Under the pieces are notes generated by a model, which did not search any database, had not been told where the DNA came from, and saw only the letters and a program-made list of their open reading frames with translations. The translations under genes and the position numbers were made by a program. A stretch of DNA of 64,000 nucleotides, from assembly GCA_002269645.1 (NCBI GenBank), contig NIVC01002679.1, positions 1 through 64,000 on the forward strand. Direction: 5' to 3'. Within the stretch, counting starts at the first letter, position 1. Each line of letters starts with the position of its first letter. Shown one piece after another: positions 37,790-51,169 of the stretch. This stretch comes from Macrostomum lignano (lineage: Eukaryota).

Positions 37790-39994
37790 CTGCAAACATC
37801 CCAAATCAAGAAAAAACTCTGAAATGTGTATTTTTTAAATAATTTCTATCAAAAATGCTAATTTTCTTGAGTATCTATCGAGTAGATTGTCTAAACTTTA
37901 TCTCATTTTTTAGATGAGAATGTCTTCTTTGAAATGATATGTCACTTTTATAGACTCTTGAAATATATTCCCCATAAGACAGTAAAAACAAAAGTCACTT
38001 GCATGTTTGGTTTTGAAGATCCCTTGTTCGGTTGATGAGATCTTACCCTATTGGCTTCTTGTCCTACCCAGAACCAAAGATAGTTATGCAATTATTACCT
38101 TTAATTAATAGGATAATAAGATGAAATTAAATCCACAATAATAGATAGAGAAAAGCCTAATTTTATCTACTATAACAATATTATAGTTTGAAACACTATT
38201 TATAAATATACCCTAGAAAAAATAACACATTTTTTGTATATACCAATATATGCCATTGCTATATAGTATAATAATATTATATAATATATAATATCTTATG
38301 CAAAAGCTCTAAACCAATAAAAATTAGTGACAGAACAAGGCCCAAAGGCTAGCTAGAATCAATCAATATATGTATAAGTTTATCAATCAGTAATAATGTA
38401 AAAATCATTAATAATTTTTGTTTATAATATACTTTTATTTTATGTTAACAGTTGTAGACCAACCATTATAAAAAAGTGCAATTTCAAGGGATTTTGCCTA
38501 TCAACAACTTTATTGACATTGTACAATATTAAGCCATCTGTCTTTGACAAAAGAATTCTAATATGGCTAGACTCCCTATGGCAGATCTCTAGCAAAATAG
38601 ATAGATTGGGGTGGCTTTGTCTAGGAACTTTTTGCATAAATCATTATTAACTAGTAGCAAAATATATTAAATCTTTGTTTATAGCTCCAATATGCTATTT
38701 TTCAGTCACCCTGCTATTGCTAAGAGCGCATGGTTGAATAGAACAATCATCTCTAAAAGAAATATAAGTATAAATTTTTTTATATGCATTTAAAATTCTA
38801 GCTACTTTGGTATCTTAGAAATTGCAAATTGGAAAATAAAATTCAAATGGCATTAAATTTTTATTATAGAAAAAATAAAAGTCTTTTATTATAAGGGCCA
38901 TTAGATTCATTTCTTGCTTCTTGCTTGCATTTTACCCAATTGACTAGTAGTAGCTTTTGCAAATACTGATAGGCTTCATTATCAGTCTATTAAGTTGCAC
39001 TGGCACCATTAGACTGTATCAACTCAATTAGCCAACCTTTAAGCAAAGGTACACCTTTGAACTGGCCACCAAGTTCAATGTCATTAACACAATGATCATA
39101 CTATGGGTAATCTTTGCAAAAACCCTTGGACCACATGTGAAAAACCTTAGCAACTTCTTCCTAGAAGGTGACCACCTTCCAGTGTAGTTACTGGGTGTCC
39201 TATATAAGAGACAAGAGTCATCAATACTTGCACTGGTGCCAGAAGATTGAGAAGGCATAGGAGATTGAAAACAAAATTGCTTCTAAATGTCTAGCACCGT
39301 AACTGCTCATAAATCTTGCCCTAAGGATTTTCAGCTTGAAAGGCTACATGGAATGCACTATAGGATTCTGCAATTATATCCCATTGGTTCATTGCTGAGA
39401 TAAGAAACTGCTAGGCTATAAAGGTTGTGATGACTTGCACATTTGACTCCAATACAACCTAAATGAATATCCAGAGTTGTATCTATCAGGAATATCAAAT
39501 GTCTCATACCCAATAAAAACATCTTAGCAGTATAATAGTAGATATTAAAAGCATAACATGAGAAATTGGAGGGGGAATTAGTTGCTACTTACTAGTGAGT
39601 TAACTATATCACTCTAAAAGTAAAACCATTTTCTGCCTTACTTGCACTGTTTTTATCACAAGTAAAACAGAAATTTGGTGGCAAACTGATAGATAGAAAA
39701 GGTTGGCATAGTTTTAGTACAATATTATAAATTATATTAATGTTAATATAGATAGCAATAACTCAAACTGAATATGTACCATTTTTATTGAGCTAGAATA
39801 CTTAGCATTAAAACCCAACCATGACAGATATTACTAACATTAGCACTATACTAGCAATCTTCGCCCCCCGTTGGGGGACATCTGGATAGAATCTCTGTTC
39901 TCTACAAGTAACAAAAAGACAGCCAAATAAAGCCTTCACAAAGACGACAGACAAACTGCTCAAATAAAGTGTAATGCAAGAAGAAATCATCCCA

Positions 39995-40110
39995 AGACAG
40001 CAAGCATCCCCCAGATAGCAAGTACCCCCCAGATAGCAAGCATCCCCCAGATAGCAAGCATCCCCCAGATAGCAAGCATCCCCCAGATAGCAAGCATCCC
40101 CAAATAGTAA
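39995..40110. repeat. 18-bp tandem repeat (CCCCAGATAGCAAGCATC), about 6 copies
   Basis: Direct reading. Confidence 0.85.
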
Positions 40111-40209
40111 GCATCCACCATACAATAAGTAGCTAGTGCTACAATTTCCTTAGCTCTATAGTGGCTCCTTTAAAATTAGTATGACGCTTACTTTTACGTT
40201 TGAAATTGT

Positions 40210-43200
40210 GTAAATTTTATGTTTGACATGGTGGCTCTTTAATGTTTGATTCGGGTTTTTTTATTGTCTGACATGGTGTCTGTTTATTGTTTGACATAGT
40301 GGCTCTTTTATGTTTGACATGGTGGTTCTTTTATGTTCGACATGGTGGCTCTTTTATGCTTGACATGGTGGCTCTTTACTGTTTGACATGGAGTCACATA
40401 TATGTTTGACATGGTGGCTCTTTTATGTTTGACATGGTGGCTCTTAACTGTTTGACATGGAGTCACATATATGTTTGACATGGTGGCTCTTTTATGTTTG
40501 ACATGGTGGCTCTTTAATGTTTGACATGGTAGGTCTTTATTGTTTGACATGGTAGCTCTTTTATGTTTGACTCGGTGGCTCTTTAATGTTCGATATGGTG
40601 GCTCTTTAATGTTCGACATGGTGGCTATTTTATGTTTGGCATGGTGGCTCTTTTATGTTCGACATGGTGGCTCTTTAATGTTTTACGTGGTGGCTCTTGA
40701 ATGTTTGATATGGTGGCTCTTGAATGTTTGACATGGTGGCTCTTTAATGTTCGACATGGTGGCTCTTGAATGTTTGACATGGTGGCTCTTGAATGTTTGA
40801 CATGATGCCTCTTGAATGTTTGACATGGTAGGTCTTTAATGTTTGACATGGTAGCTCTTTAATGTTTGACTTGGTGGCTCTTTAATGTTCGATATGGTGG
40901 CTCTTTAATGTTTGACATGGTGGTTCTTTAATGTTCGACATGGTAGCTCTTTTATGTTTGGCATGGTGACTCTTTAATGTTCGACATGGTGGCTCTTTAA
41001 AATTTGACATGGAGTCACCTATATGTTTTACATGGTGGCTCTTTTATGTTCGACATGGTGGCTCTTTAATGTTCGCCACGTTTGTCATCAGGTTTTTCAT
41101 GTTTGAGTCACGTATATGTTTGACATGGTGGCTCTTTAATGTTTGGCAAGGTGGCTCTTTTATGTTTGACATGGTGGCTCTTTTATGTTTGACATGATGG
41201 CTCTTTAATGTTTGACATGATAGCTCTTTTATGTTTGACATGGTGGCTCTTTATTGTTTGACGTGGTGGCCCTTTAATGTTCGACATGGAGTCATGTATA
41301 TGTTTAAAATGGTGGCTCTTTGATGTTTGACATGGTGGCTCTTTAATTTTCGACATGCCGGCTCATTAATGTTTTACATTGTGATTCTTTAATGTTTGAC
41401 ATACTGGCTCTTTAAAGTTCGACATGGTGGCTCTTTAATGTTCGACATGGTGGCTCTTGAATGTCTGACATGGAGTCATGTATATGTTTGACATGGTGGC
41501 TTATTTATGTTTAACCTGACCTGGCTCTTTAATGTCTTACATGGAGTCATGTATATGTTTAACATGGCGACTCTTTAATGTTAGACATGGTGGCTCTTTA
41601 ATGTTCGACATGGTGGCTCTTTAATGTTAGACATGGTGGCTCTTTAATGTTCGACATGATGGCTCTTTAATGTTTGACATGGTGGCTCTTTTATGTTTGA
41701 CATGGTGGCTCTTTTATGTTTGACATGATGGCTCTTTTATGTTTGACATGGTGGCTCTTTAATGTTTTACGTGGTGGCTCTTTTATGTTTGACATGGAGT
41801 CATGTATATGTTTGACATAATGGCTCTTTTATGTTTGACATGATGGCTCTTTTATGTTTGACATGATGGCTCTTTTATGTTTGACATGATGGCTCTTTAA
41901 TGTTTGACATGATAGCTCTTTTATGTTTGACATGGTGGCTCTTTAATGTTTGACGTGGTGGCCCTTTAATGTTCGACATGGAGTCATGTATATGTTTAAA
42001 ATGGTGGCTCTTTGATGTTTGACATGGTGGCTCTTTAATTTTCGACATGCCGGCTCATTAATGTTTTACATTGTGATTCTTTAATGTTTGACATACTGGC
42101 TCTTTAAAGTTCGACATGGTGGCTCTTTAATGTTCGACATGGTGGCTCTTGAATGTCTGACATGGAGTCATGTATATGTTTGACATGGTGGCTTATTTAT
42201 GTTTAACCTGACCTGGCTCTTTAATGTCTTACATGGAGTCATGTATATGTTTAACATGGCGACTCTTTAATGTTAGACATGGTGGCTCTTTAATGTTCGA
42301 CATGGTGGCTCTTTAATGTTAGACATGGTGGCTCTTTAATGTTCGACATGATGGCTCTTTAATGTTTGACATGGTGGCTCTTTTATGTTTGACATGGTGG
42401 CTCTTTTATGTTTGACATGATGGCTCTTTTATGTTTGACATGATGGCTCTTTTATGTTTGACATGGTGGCTCTTTAATGTTCGACATGGTGGCTCTTTTT
42501 TGTTCGACATGGTGGTTCTTTTATGTTCGACATGGTGGCTCTTTTATGCTTGACATGGTGGCTCTTTAATGTTAGACATGGTGGCTCTCTAATGTTAGAC
42601 ATGATGGCTCTTTAATGTTAGACATGATTTCTCTTCAATGTTTGACATTGCGGCTCTTTAATTTTTGACATGGTGGCTCTTTTATGTTCGACATGGTGGC
42701 TCTTTAATGTTCGCCACGTTTGTCATCAGGTTTTTCATGTTTGAGTCACGTATATGTTTGACATGGTGGCTCTTTAATGTTTGGCATGGTGGCTCTTTTA
42801 TGTTTGACATGGTGGCTCTTTTATGTTTGACATGATGGCTCTTTAATGTTTGACATGATAGCTCTTTTATGTTTGACATGGTGGCTCTTTAATGTTTGAC
42901 ATGGTGGCCCTTTAATGTTCGACATGGAGTCATGTATATGTTTAACATGGTGGCTCTTTGATGTTTGACATGGTGGCTCTTTAATTTTCGACATGCCGGC
43001 TCATTAATGTTTTACATTGTGATTCTTTAATGTTTGACATACTGGCTCTTTAAAGTTCGACATGGTGGCTCTTTAATGTTCGACATGGTGGCTCTTGAAT
43101 GTCTGACATGGAGTCATGTATATGTTTGACATGGCGGCTCTTTAATGTTCGACATGGCGGCTCTTTAATGTTCGACATGGTGGCTCTTTAATGTTTGACA

Positions 43201-44880
43201 TGGTGGCTTATTTATGTTTAACCTGGCCTGGCTCTTTAATGTCTTACATGGAGTCATGTATATGTTTGACATGGCGACTCTTTGATGTTAGACATGGTGG
43301 CTCTTTAATGTTCGACATGGTGGCTCTTTAATGTTAGACATGGTGGCTCTTTAATGTTCGACATGATGGCTCTTTAATGTTTGACATGGTGGCTCTTTTA
43401 TGTTTGACATGGTGGCTCTTTTATGTTTGACATGATGGCTCTTTTATGTTTGACATGATGGCTCTTTTATGTTTGACATGGTGGCTCTTTAATGTTTGAC
43501 ATGGAGTCACATATATGTTGGACATGGTGGCTCTTTAATGTTCGACATGGTGGCTCTTTAATGTTTGACATGGTGGCTCTTTAATGTTTGACATGGAGTC
43601 ACATATATGTTGGACATGGTGGCTCTTTAATGTTCGACATGGTGGCTCTTTTTTGTTCGACATGGTGGCTCTTTTATGCTTGACATGGTGGCTCTTTAAT
43701 GTTAGACATGGTGGCTCTTTTATGTTCGACATGGTGGCTCTTTAATGTTCGCCACGTTTGTCATCAGGTTTTTCATGTTTGAGTCACGTATATGTTTTAC
43801 ATGGTGGCTCTTTAATGTATGGAATGGTGGCTCTTTTATGTTTGACATGGTGGCTCTTTTATGTTTGACATGATGGCTCTTTAATGTTTGACATGATAGC
43901 TCTTTTATGTTTGACATGGTGGCTCTTTAATGTTCGACATGGAGTCATGTATATGTTTGACATGGTGGCTCTTTGATGTTTGACATGGTGGCTGTTTAAT
44001 TTTCGACATGCCGGCTCATTAATGTTTTACATTGTGATTCTTTAATGTTTGACATAGTGGCTCTTTAAAGTTCGACATAGTGGCTCTTTAATGTTTGACA
44101 TGGTGGCTCTTGAATGTCTGACATGGAGTCATGTATATGTTTGACATGGCGGCTCTTTAATGTTTGACATGGTGGCTTATTTATGTTTAACCTGGCCTGG
44201 CTCTTTAATGTCTTACATGGAGTCATGTATATGTTTGACATGGCGACTCTTTAATGTTAGACATGGTGGCTCTTTAATGTTTGACATGGTGACTTATTTA
44301 TGTTTAACCTGGTCTGGCTCTTTAATTTTCAACATCGTGGCTCTTTACTGTTCAACATCGTGTTTATTTAATGTTCGACATGGTGGCTCTTCAATGTTTG
44401 ACATGGTGGCTCTTTAATGCTTGACATGGTGGCTCTTTAATGTTTGACATGGAGTCATGTATATGTTTGACATGGAGTCATGTATCTGTTTGACATGGAG
44501 GCTCTTTAATGTTCGACATGGTGGCTCTTTAATGTCTGACATGGAGTCACGTATATGTTTGACATGGAGTCACGTATATGTTTGACATGGAGTCACGTAT
44601 ATGTTTGACATGGAGTCACGTATATGTTTGACATGGAGTCACGTATATGTTTGACATGGAGTCACGTATATGTTTTACATGGTGGCTCTTTTATGTTTGA
44701 CATGGTGGCTCTTTAATGTTCAAATGGTGGCTCTTTAATGTTCGACATGGTGGCCCCTTAAAGTCTGACATGGAGTCACGCATATGTTTGACATTGAGTC
44801 ATGTATATGTTTGACATGGTGGCTCTTTAATGTTTTAGATGGTTGGCTCTTTAATGTTTGATATTGCGCTTCCTTTATGT
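40210..44880. repeat. 4.7-kb satellite of 23-bp units (TGTTTGACATGGTGGCTCTTT(A/T)A; variant TGTTTGACATGGAGTCATGTATA) with higher-order duplication
   Basis: About 200 units; marker blocks recur at about 41071/42710/43747 and 41350/42040/42985/44000. Confidence 0.97.
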
Positions 44881-44924
44881 TTAGCTTTTTGTGTTTTAGG
44901 GTGTTTTGATAAAAAATTTTTTTT

Positions 44925-44995
44925 GCACTACTAAGATTCGAACCTAGGTCGCTACATTAGCAGTCCAGTCTGTTCGCATCTAGGCTATCTATTTT
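44925..44995 (-). other. tRNA-like (Ser-GCT-type loop) pseudogene or SINE head
   Basis: Sense ATAGCCTAGATG..CTGGACT-GCT-AATGTAG..GGTTCGAATC has A/B-box-like motifs, but no proper acceptor stem or long variable arm. Confidence 0.4.
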
Positions 44996-45039
44996 CAATT
45001 GGAGAACATGAACTGTTGCCCTTATAATTTAATTCTTAT

Positions 45040-45472
45040 AGCAAGTCAATTAGAGTAAAAAGTTATGACATAATCAATTTCTCAGTCAGCCAGTATCAGT
45101 CTCAGTTCAAGTTAGCAATATTGGTTACGCAATTTAAATCAAGTCGTGTGTGCATTTCTTCGACACTGTTTTCAACTTGTTGTGATGCAATCTTTATCAG
45201 AATTGAAATTCAGTCAGTCAGGCTTTTCTCTAGCATTCTTACAATGCATTTCAAGTCGAAAATTTTGCTTGACCTTTGCAAAAAAGCATGTTTTTCGAAT
45301 ATTTAATCCCTTTAACATTGAGCAATTTCTTAGCCAAGATGCATGTACCGTCCCAGGAAAATTTCTGATCGAATGGTGCAAGTTTGAAGAAAATCGGTTG
45401 AGCCAATTTTTCTGAAATCTATCGCATACCCACATACCCACATACAGACAACTCATTTTTAGTATATAGGAT
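45040..45472 (+). mobile_element. Helitron/Helentron-type non-autonomous element fragment
   Basis: AAGTTTGAAGAAAATCGG..(CATAC)n..TTTTTAGTATATAGGAT end; related to 30020-30398. Confidence 0.4.
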
Positions 45473-46344
45473 GTGGTGAGTAATGACATTAGAGTCTCAT
45501 AGTGGCACCCACCAAAAGCAATTTCTATGTTTTCTATAGTACATATTAATAAATTGCAAACAATGGCTAACTTGTGCTAGAGCAGACTTTTCTTTGTATT
45601 GAGCTTGTCTATAACAGCCTGATTTGTCTCTTTACTATTGATGGGATGTTGTGCTATAGTGTAATAGAGTTGTGAAAATTTTGGGCCATCAGCAAGTAGT
45701 TTGTTCATCTTTTCAAGTGTGATCCAATAGCTAATCAAGATGCTGCAAATAGAATTATGATTCCTAAAGATAGGGACAAGGCAGAAATAGTATAAAAAGT
45801 ATTGCTTATTTGTCTATGGGTTATAATTTCTATAAGTATAAGATCTGCTAATTGTTAAAACAATAAAATAGTTCAAAAGTTTTTAAACTTCTTAATTAAG
45901 TGCAATAGAATGATATAAAACAAGAATTACATGATGCTGTGAGCTTGCACAATGTATAATTTAGTGGGAGCTGGTTAAGTTGCTTTACCACTTTTGGGTG
46001 CAAATAGGGCTCGCAGCATAGAATAGTGTCTTCACTATTAGGTATAGCCATATTAAACTCACAGGCTATTAGTTCGACACCATATTTTTGGCATTGATAA
46101 TTAGCTTGCCAAGAGTCAGAATTCACCTTTGTCTTTGTTAATACCAACTTGGAAAACAATTTCACTGCATTGTTTAGTTTTTTGTTTGCATTTGTCCTCA
46201 AAATTAAATTTTGAAGTGTGAAGTGGCTTATCATATGGGACAATAGGAGTCAACATTGGAGCTTTGAAGCCTATGAAACTTTGAAGCTACCTATGAAAAC
46301 ATGCAAATGTTGTTGCACTCTTGGAACTAATATTATACTATCAT

Positions 46345-46690
46345 ATGGCTGCTAGTCTACAAAAAGTGACAAGTGCTGCTGGTCCTAAGATATCACTGAG
46401 TATTGCAGCAGCTGCTGGTCAAGAAGCACAATGGAGGGCTGCTGCAGTTGCTAGTCAGAAAGCACCACAGAAGGCTTTTGTAGCTGCTAGTCAGAAAGTA
46501 CCATAGAGGGCTACTATAGTTGCTAGTCAGAAAGTATAATAGAGAGCTCTTATGGCTACTTGTCAGAAGGTACCACAGAAAGTTATTATGCCTGCTAGTT
46601 AGAAAGTACCACAGAGCTTTTCTAGCTGCTGGTCAAAAGGTACCACAGAATGCTACTGTGGCTGCTAGTCAGAAAGCACCATAGAAGGCT
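46345..46690 (+). repeat. Degenerate 36-bp codon-register repeat (AASQKVPQKAxx) with C-to-T-derived stops
   Basis: Units GCT GCT AGT CAG AAA G(C/T)A CCA (C/T)AG.. remain in triplet register. Confidence 0.6.
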
Positions 46691-47819
46691 GCAGTGGGAA
46701 TATTTTAGTACTTGTAGTTAGCATTGTAAAAGAAAAAATGAGCCTAAGAAGTTTTTTCACATTTATTTTCATAGATTGAGAATGTAAACAAATATTTTTA
46801 TTTACTTTTCTAAGTGACATTTTTATGATAGTCATCATTTTATACAATTGAACAATGTTTTAATTTTTTATTTGTGGCTAGATATGGCACACAGTAGTGA
46901 ATACTTTGGGCAGTCTTGCATTGCTATCTGGCTATTAGTGATAGTTGCAGTTGCAGTCACTGACACACATTGGTCTTGGTCTTTCTCTTTGCTACTATTC
47001 TATTCTTGGTCATCATGGATAGCCCCCTTGGCCTTTCTCATTAAGATATCAAATGGATTTTTCTTTTTTAAACACATTGAAATAGTTATAGTAGCAAAAG
47101 CCTGGCACTGGCAAAAAAAGCACTTAAAAATGTTTAAGTTATAAAAATTTAATTATCTAAAAAATAATGATATAACTAATGTACTATAAAGTTGTAAGTA
47201 CATAGTTTACCAATTCTTTTGCAAATACATTGCACTCATAAATATATAAAGAATAGCAGCTTTACCAAGAAAATGTTTGTATTTTTTTAGTTTATATAAA
47301 TGTTTCTATCAATGCTAGAGTAAGCTAAGGGCAAAAAAAAATAGACAACCAGTGGCATACTAGTGTATTTTGCCTAGGATGCTTGGTGCACAATCAAAAA
47401 TATTTTTGGGTAACTTCTGGTATCTATATATAATATGATCCTGACTATGGTATCTAGGTGGGTAATATGTTAATCAGTCATCTTGTTAGCTGTGTTCTAT
47501 TCTATGTCTTGCTACTACATACTAAGTATATTGCTATGTATATTACTCAGAAGTAGCAAAGCAAATAAAACAAAAAAAGTTGTTTTATTCTTGGTAAAAG
47601 AGTATAAAGCTATTATTAACTAACAATTCATATAAGTATATAATTAAATATATATATGATTTTTGTTAAACCCAGCTAAAACTTTAACTATTGAATGCTG
47701 TGCATAGTACCATTACAGTATGCCTAGAATTTTGTGCATTAAATCAATTTTTGTTTTTTTGTGCATCAGTTATGTGTATTCATTCAATTCAATGGTTATT
47801 CATTTGTTTGGCTCAATGG

Positions 47820-47980
47820 CTTTCTTGGCAGTTAGCCCCCCTCACAGGCTAAAATTGCATGAGCCAAGTCAAGACAAGATTCCAATTTAGTTCCAAATTA
47901 ATTTGACTCTACTTTGAATCAAGCTTAGGCCACTGGCACATCCTAGTGCTGCACCAGACCACAGAGCTATAGCCCCAAAT
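47820..47980 (-). mobile_element. Old, CpG-decayed copy of the tRNA-derived SINE
   Basis: Aligns to the 59505 copy with every alignable CpG changed to TG/CA/TA. Confidence 0.7.
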
Positions 47981-48402
47981 ATAATTGAAAAACTTTTTAA
48001 CTTGCAAGTGATTAAAATGTTAGCTTATTTATTGGTATAAAATAACAAATGTTGTTTAATCTCTTCTAGATATTATATGGTTGCATATCACTCACTAAGC
48101 AAAGTCAAATTTTATGTTCTCAGGCTTCTTGCAGCTGCTTGTACTCTATTTAGGTTGATTTAGCTCAAAATTGCTAGATTGAAGCTATTGATTAGGTCTA
48201 GGGTAAACCAAGTTTCTAAACCTAGATTGGTCATAAAGTGACTTTTGATGTTCAACAACTTTCAATAATAGTCTGGTTGTTACAACCAAATGAAAAAGAT
48301 GGTTGTGCATATACTCGGTCTATGAGCATATATCTTTATTTCGCCTGAATTGAATTCATTTCAGGGAGACCTGTCTCATACACCACAGAAAGCCAAGTCA
48401 AA

Positions 48403-49965
48403 ATGACTGGCAGAGTGTGCAACTATGCAGCAGTGTTCCAGCTAACAGTGACGCTGTGCGCTCTGCTCACATTTAGCACATATCAGCTTTCTAACTACTA
48501 TTCTACTGTGCCGAAATTGCTCACAATTGGCAGTTCATTATTGAATTTGTCAAATTTTGACACGCCTATTAGTTCTAATAATGTATCTCTGATCAATGAA
48601 GTCAATGGCCTGATGCCTTTGTCAGGTTATCTTGGCAGAAATAACAGCAGTCCGGATCCTACCAGCTGTCCTAGATCTGATAGTCAAGCCTCGAATCGTC
48701 TTTGCGTTCCACTGACTCTGGCCGATTTGAATTCCACCTGTCCGAAGCCCGTAGACTTTGGTAGGTTGCGCTGCGGCTTCTGGCTGGCACCGCCCGCCTG
48801 CGGTGCTGCAACCGCCTGCGTAGCAGTTATTGTGCCTTACCGTAATCGACTAGTGAATCTGCTGCTGTTAGTCCAACACTTGCACAATCTGCTTCAACGA
48901 CAGGCTATTAATCATGGCATCTTCGTAGTTGAACAGAATGATCAGCTGCCATTTAATCGGGCCAAGTTGCTTAATATTGGATTCAAATTGTCGCAAAAGT
49001 GAGTTCTAGTAGTACCTGAAAAGTTTGTATGTATGTTTGCGTCTAGAACCTGGCTTCCACCCTGTCCAACACCTGATTTGATCAGCCTGTCCCGTGCTAT
49101 GTTTGATCTGACTCTGTCACATCTGGTTAGACCAGGCCCTGTCCCAACCTGGTTTCCACTTTTTTACCACATCCAACTTTCCAAACTTAGCTTTCACCAC
49201 CACATCTAGCTTCCCCCCTTTCCCCACACTTGACTCCAACGTTTTTCCATACTTACGTTCCATATTTGCCCACACCTGAGTTCTACATTTCCCCACACCT
49301 GAGTTCTACATTTCCCCACACCTGAGTTCTACATTTTCTCACACCTGATGTCTCGCATTATCCAATCTTCTCTGTAGCTCGTAATCGCCCCTGCTGGTAT
49401 AAATTTACTGTTACCTTAGTGAGAGACTGAGAGTAACAAAACTGGCGCTAACCCCTCTCCCCCGCCTTCCTACCCATTCAGCTACCATTCGTGTGACTGT
49501 TTCGTCTTTCACGACGCCGACAAGCTGCCTGAGTCTCTGCTAGTCGACTACTCCTGTAGCCAAGGCAGGCCGCGCCACCTCATTGGCCGCCTGTTGAATT
49601 TGGCCAGCAGGAAATACTCACCGGGCAAGATGTATCACAATTTTTTCGGCGGCGTCGTAGCTGTAACTAAGCGGCAATTCGAATCGGTGAATGGCAATTC
49701 GAATCTCTACTACGGCTGGGGTCGGGAGGACGACGAACTGTCGGTCAGGTTGCGGATCAAGCATTGGCGAGTCGCCTATTCGGACCAAAGTGCCAAGTAT
49801 GTGAATTTGAAGCACGCCGACGATATTAAGGTGAATAGTATGCCTTGGCCGTCTGTTAGCGCTGTTAGACGGCGAATGACTTCGGATGGGCTTAATTCGT
49901 TAAAGTACAACCTGACTGGCGTTTATTGTCATCCGTTGTTTACCATATTTAGCGTGCAGGTGTGA
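48403..49965 (+). CDS. GT7 beta-1,4-galactosyltransferase-like protein; exons 48403-48998 and 49482-49965; 359 aa
   Basis: N-terminal TM; VAVIVPYRNR, IFVVEQ, FNRAKLLNIGF | CFVFHDAD, FFGGV, NG.SN.YYGWGREDDE, DGLNSLKY. Phase-2 GT-AG intron. Confidence 0.9.
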
Positions 49966-51169
49966 ATATGACGCATCAATTTAGATGTTGCATCCAATAG
50001 ATAAGAATATTCCTTTATAAGTCAATTTACATTTGAATTCCCCAATGGTTTTGTAGTTCGTGAGATTCTTTGGAATGTACTTGACCCCTCAGCCTGATTT
50101 TATTGGCTCTTAAAGGGTGTACAGCCGCCCTGACTTTCTTATTGTCTTGTACACACTCCGTGTCTCGGGGGGTTGGCCATCATTACTATTGATGAAACAC
50201 AGATAGATATGACCGTACACGAAAGCTTCAGCCGGAAGCAAAAGTCAACTTGATCTTTCCAATATTTGCCTACTCATAACTTGCCTTGCAGTCGAACTAC
50301 TCGAAAATTACATTTGTTAAAATCGATATACATAATGCGAAATTGTAGGCCGTTTAATTGTCCAACATAGGGGATGCTAGAATTCACTCGATATCCATTG
50401 CTCATTGAGCTCTAACTCACTCGAGATACATTAGCTACTTGAGCCCTAATTCACACACAAAAAGCTTGAATTCTAGCATTCCTACATGTAGTTTATTTTA
50501 TATTCAATTGCTAACACTGTAATTGATACAAACTAATGCTTTTTTACCCTTGTTTTCCACAGTAACTTGGTTTAATCATTAACTTTTGTAACTTTCTTCT
50601 TTCTGGATCATTTTGTGCAGCATTTTTGAAACGACAGCTTTAATTTTTACCTGAGTTTTTTTTCACTAATTCCACCAGCTTGTTCTCCACACTCGATTTT
50701 TTTACTTACAAGTGTAACATGTTTTTTATGCAGCTTCTTACTAATACAAGACGTACGCCTGCCTCTCTGTGTTTAATTGCATTCTAATTAGGAAATGCGA
50801 GATTGGTTTGGATTTGTACCCGATTCCGGCTTCCCTCTGTAATCTCAGCTATTGTCTTTAAAGTCAGTTTATTTACAGCTTGACTGTGTTAATAAAACCC
50901 GCTTGTTAATCAGTCCTCTTTTGACAGTTACCACTTTAAACAACATGTTGCTTAAGACAACTGCTTTGTTATAAGTTTAATTACATGATTTTTTAGAAGC
51001 TTATATATATTTCTGGTTTCTATCAAGTATTCAGCTTAGCGCTTTGTTCATTTTGCTACTAAAAGTAGATGGGGCAGCAAGTTTAAAAAAAATTTCTATA
51101 TATTTCTCTAATTATAAGTCAAGCAGACTGACCTGATTGAATGATCTTAAGCCTTAAAGGCTGAGTTTC

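Noticed and set aside
37850-38100. Possible reverse-transcriptase-like remnant on the minus strand
   Set aside because: Too decayed, with no recognisable YxDD motif.
40308-44417. Many short ORFs and GCCACCATG (Kozak consensus) in each minus-strand unit
   Set aside because: A by-product of the 23-bp unit; frames close quickly and nothing suggests translation.
44925-44995. Functional tRNA or tRNA-Sec
   Set aside because: The loop reads GCT rather than TCA, there is no long variable arm and acceptor pairing is poor. No tRNA-Sec was seen anywhere in the window.
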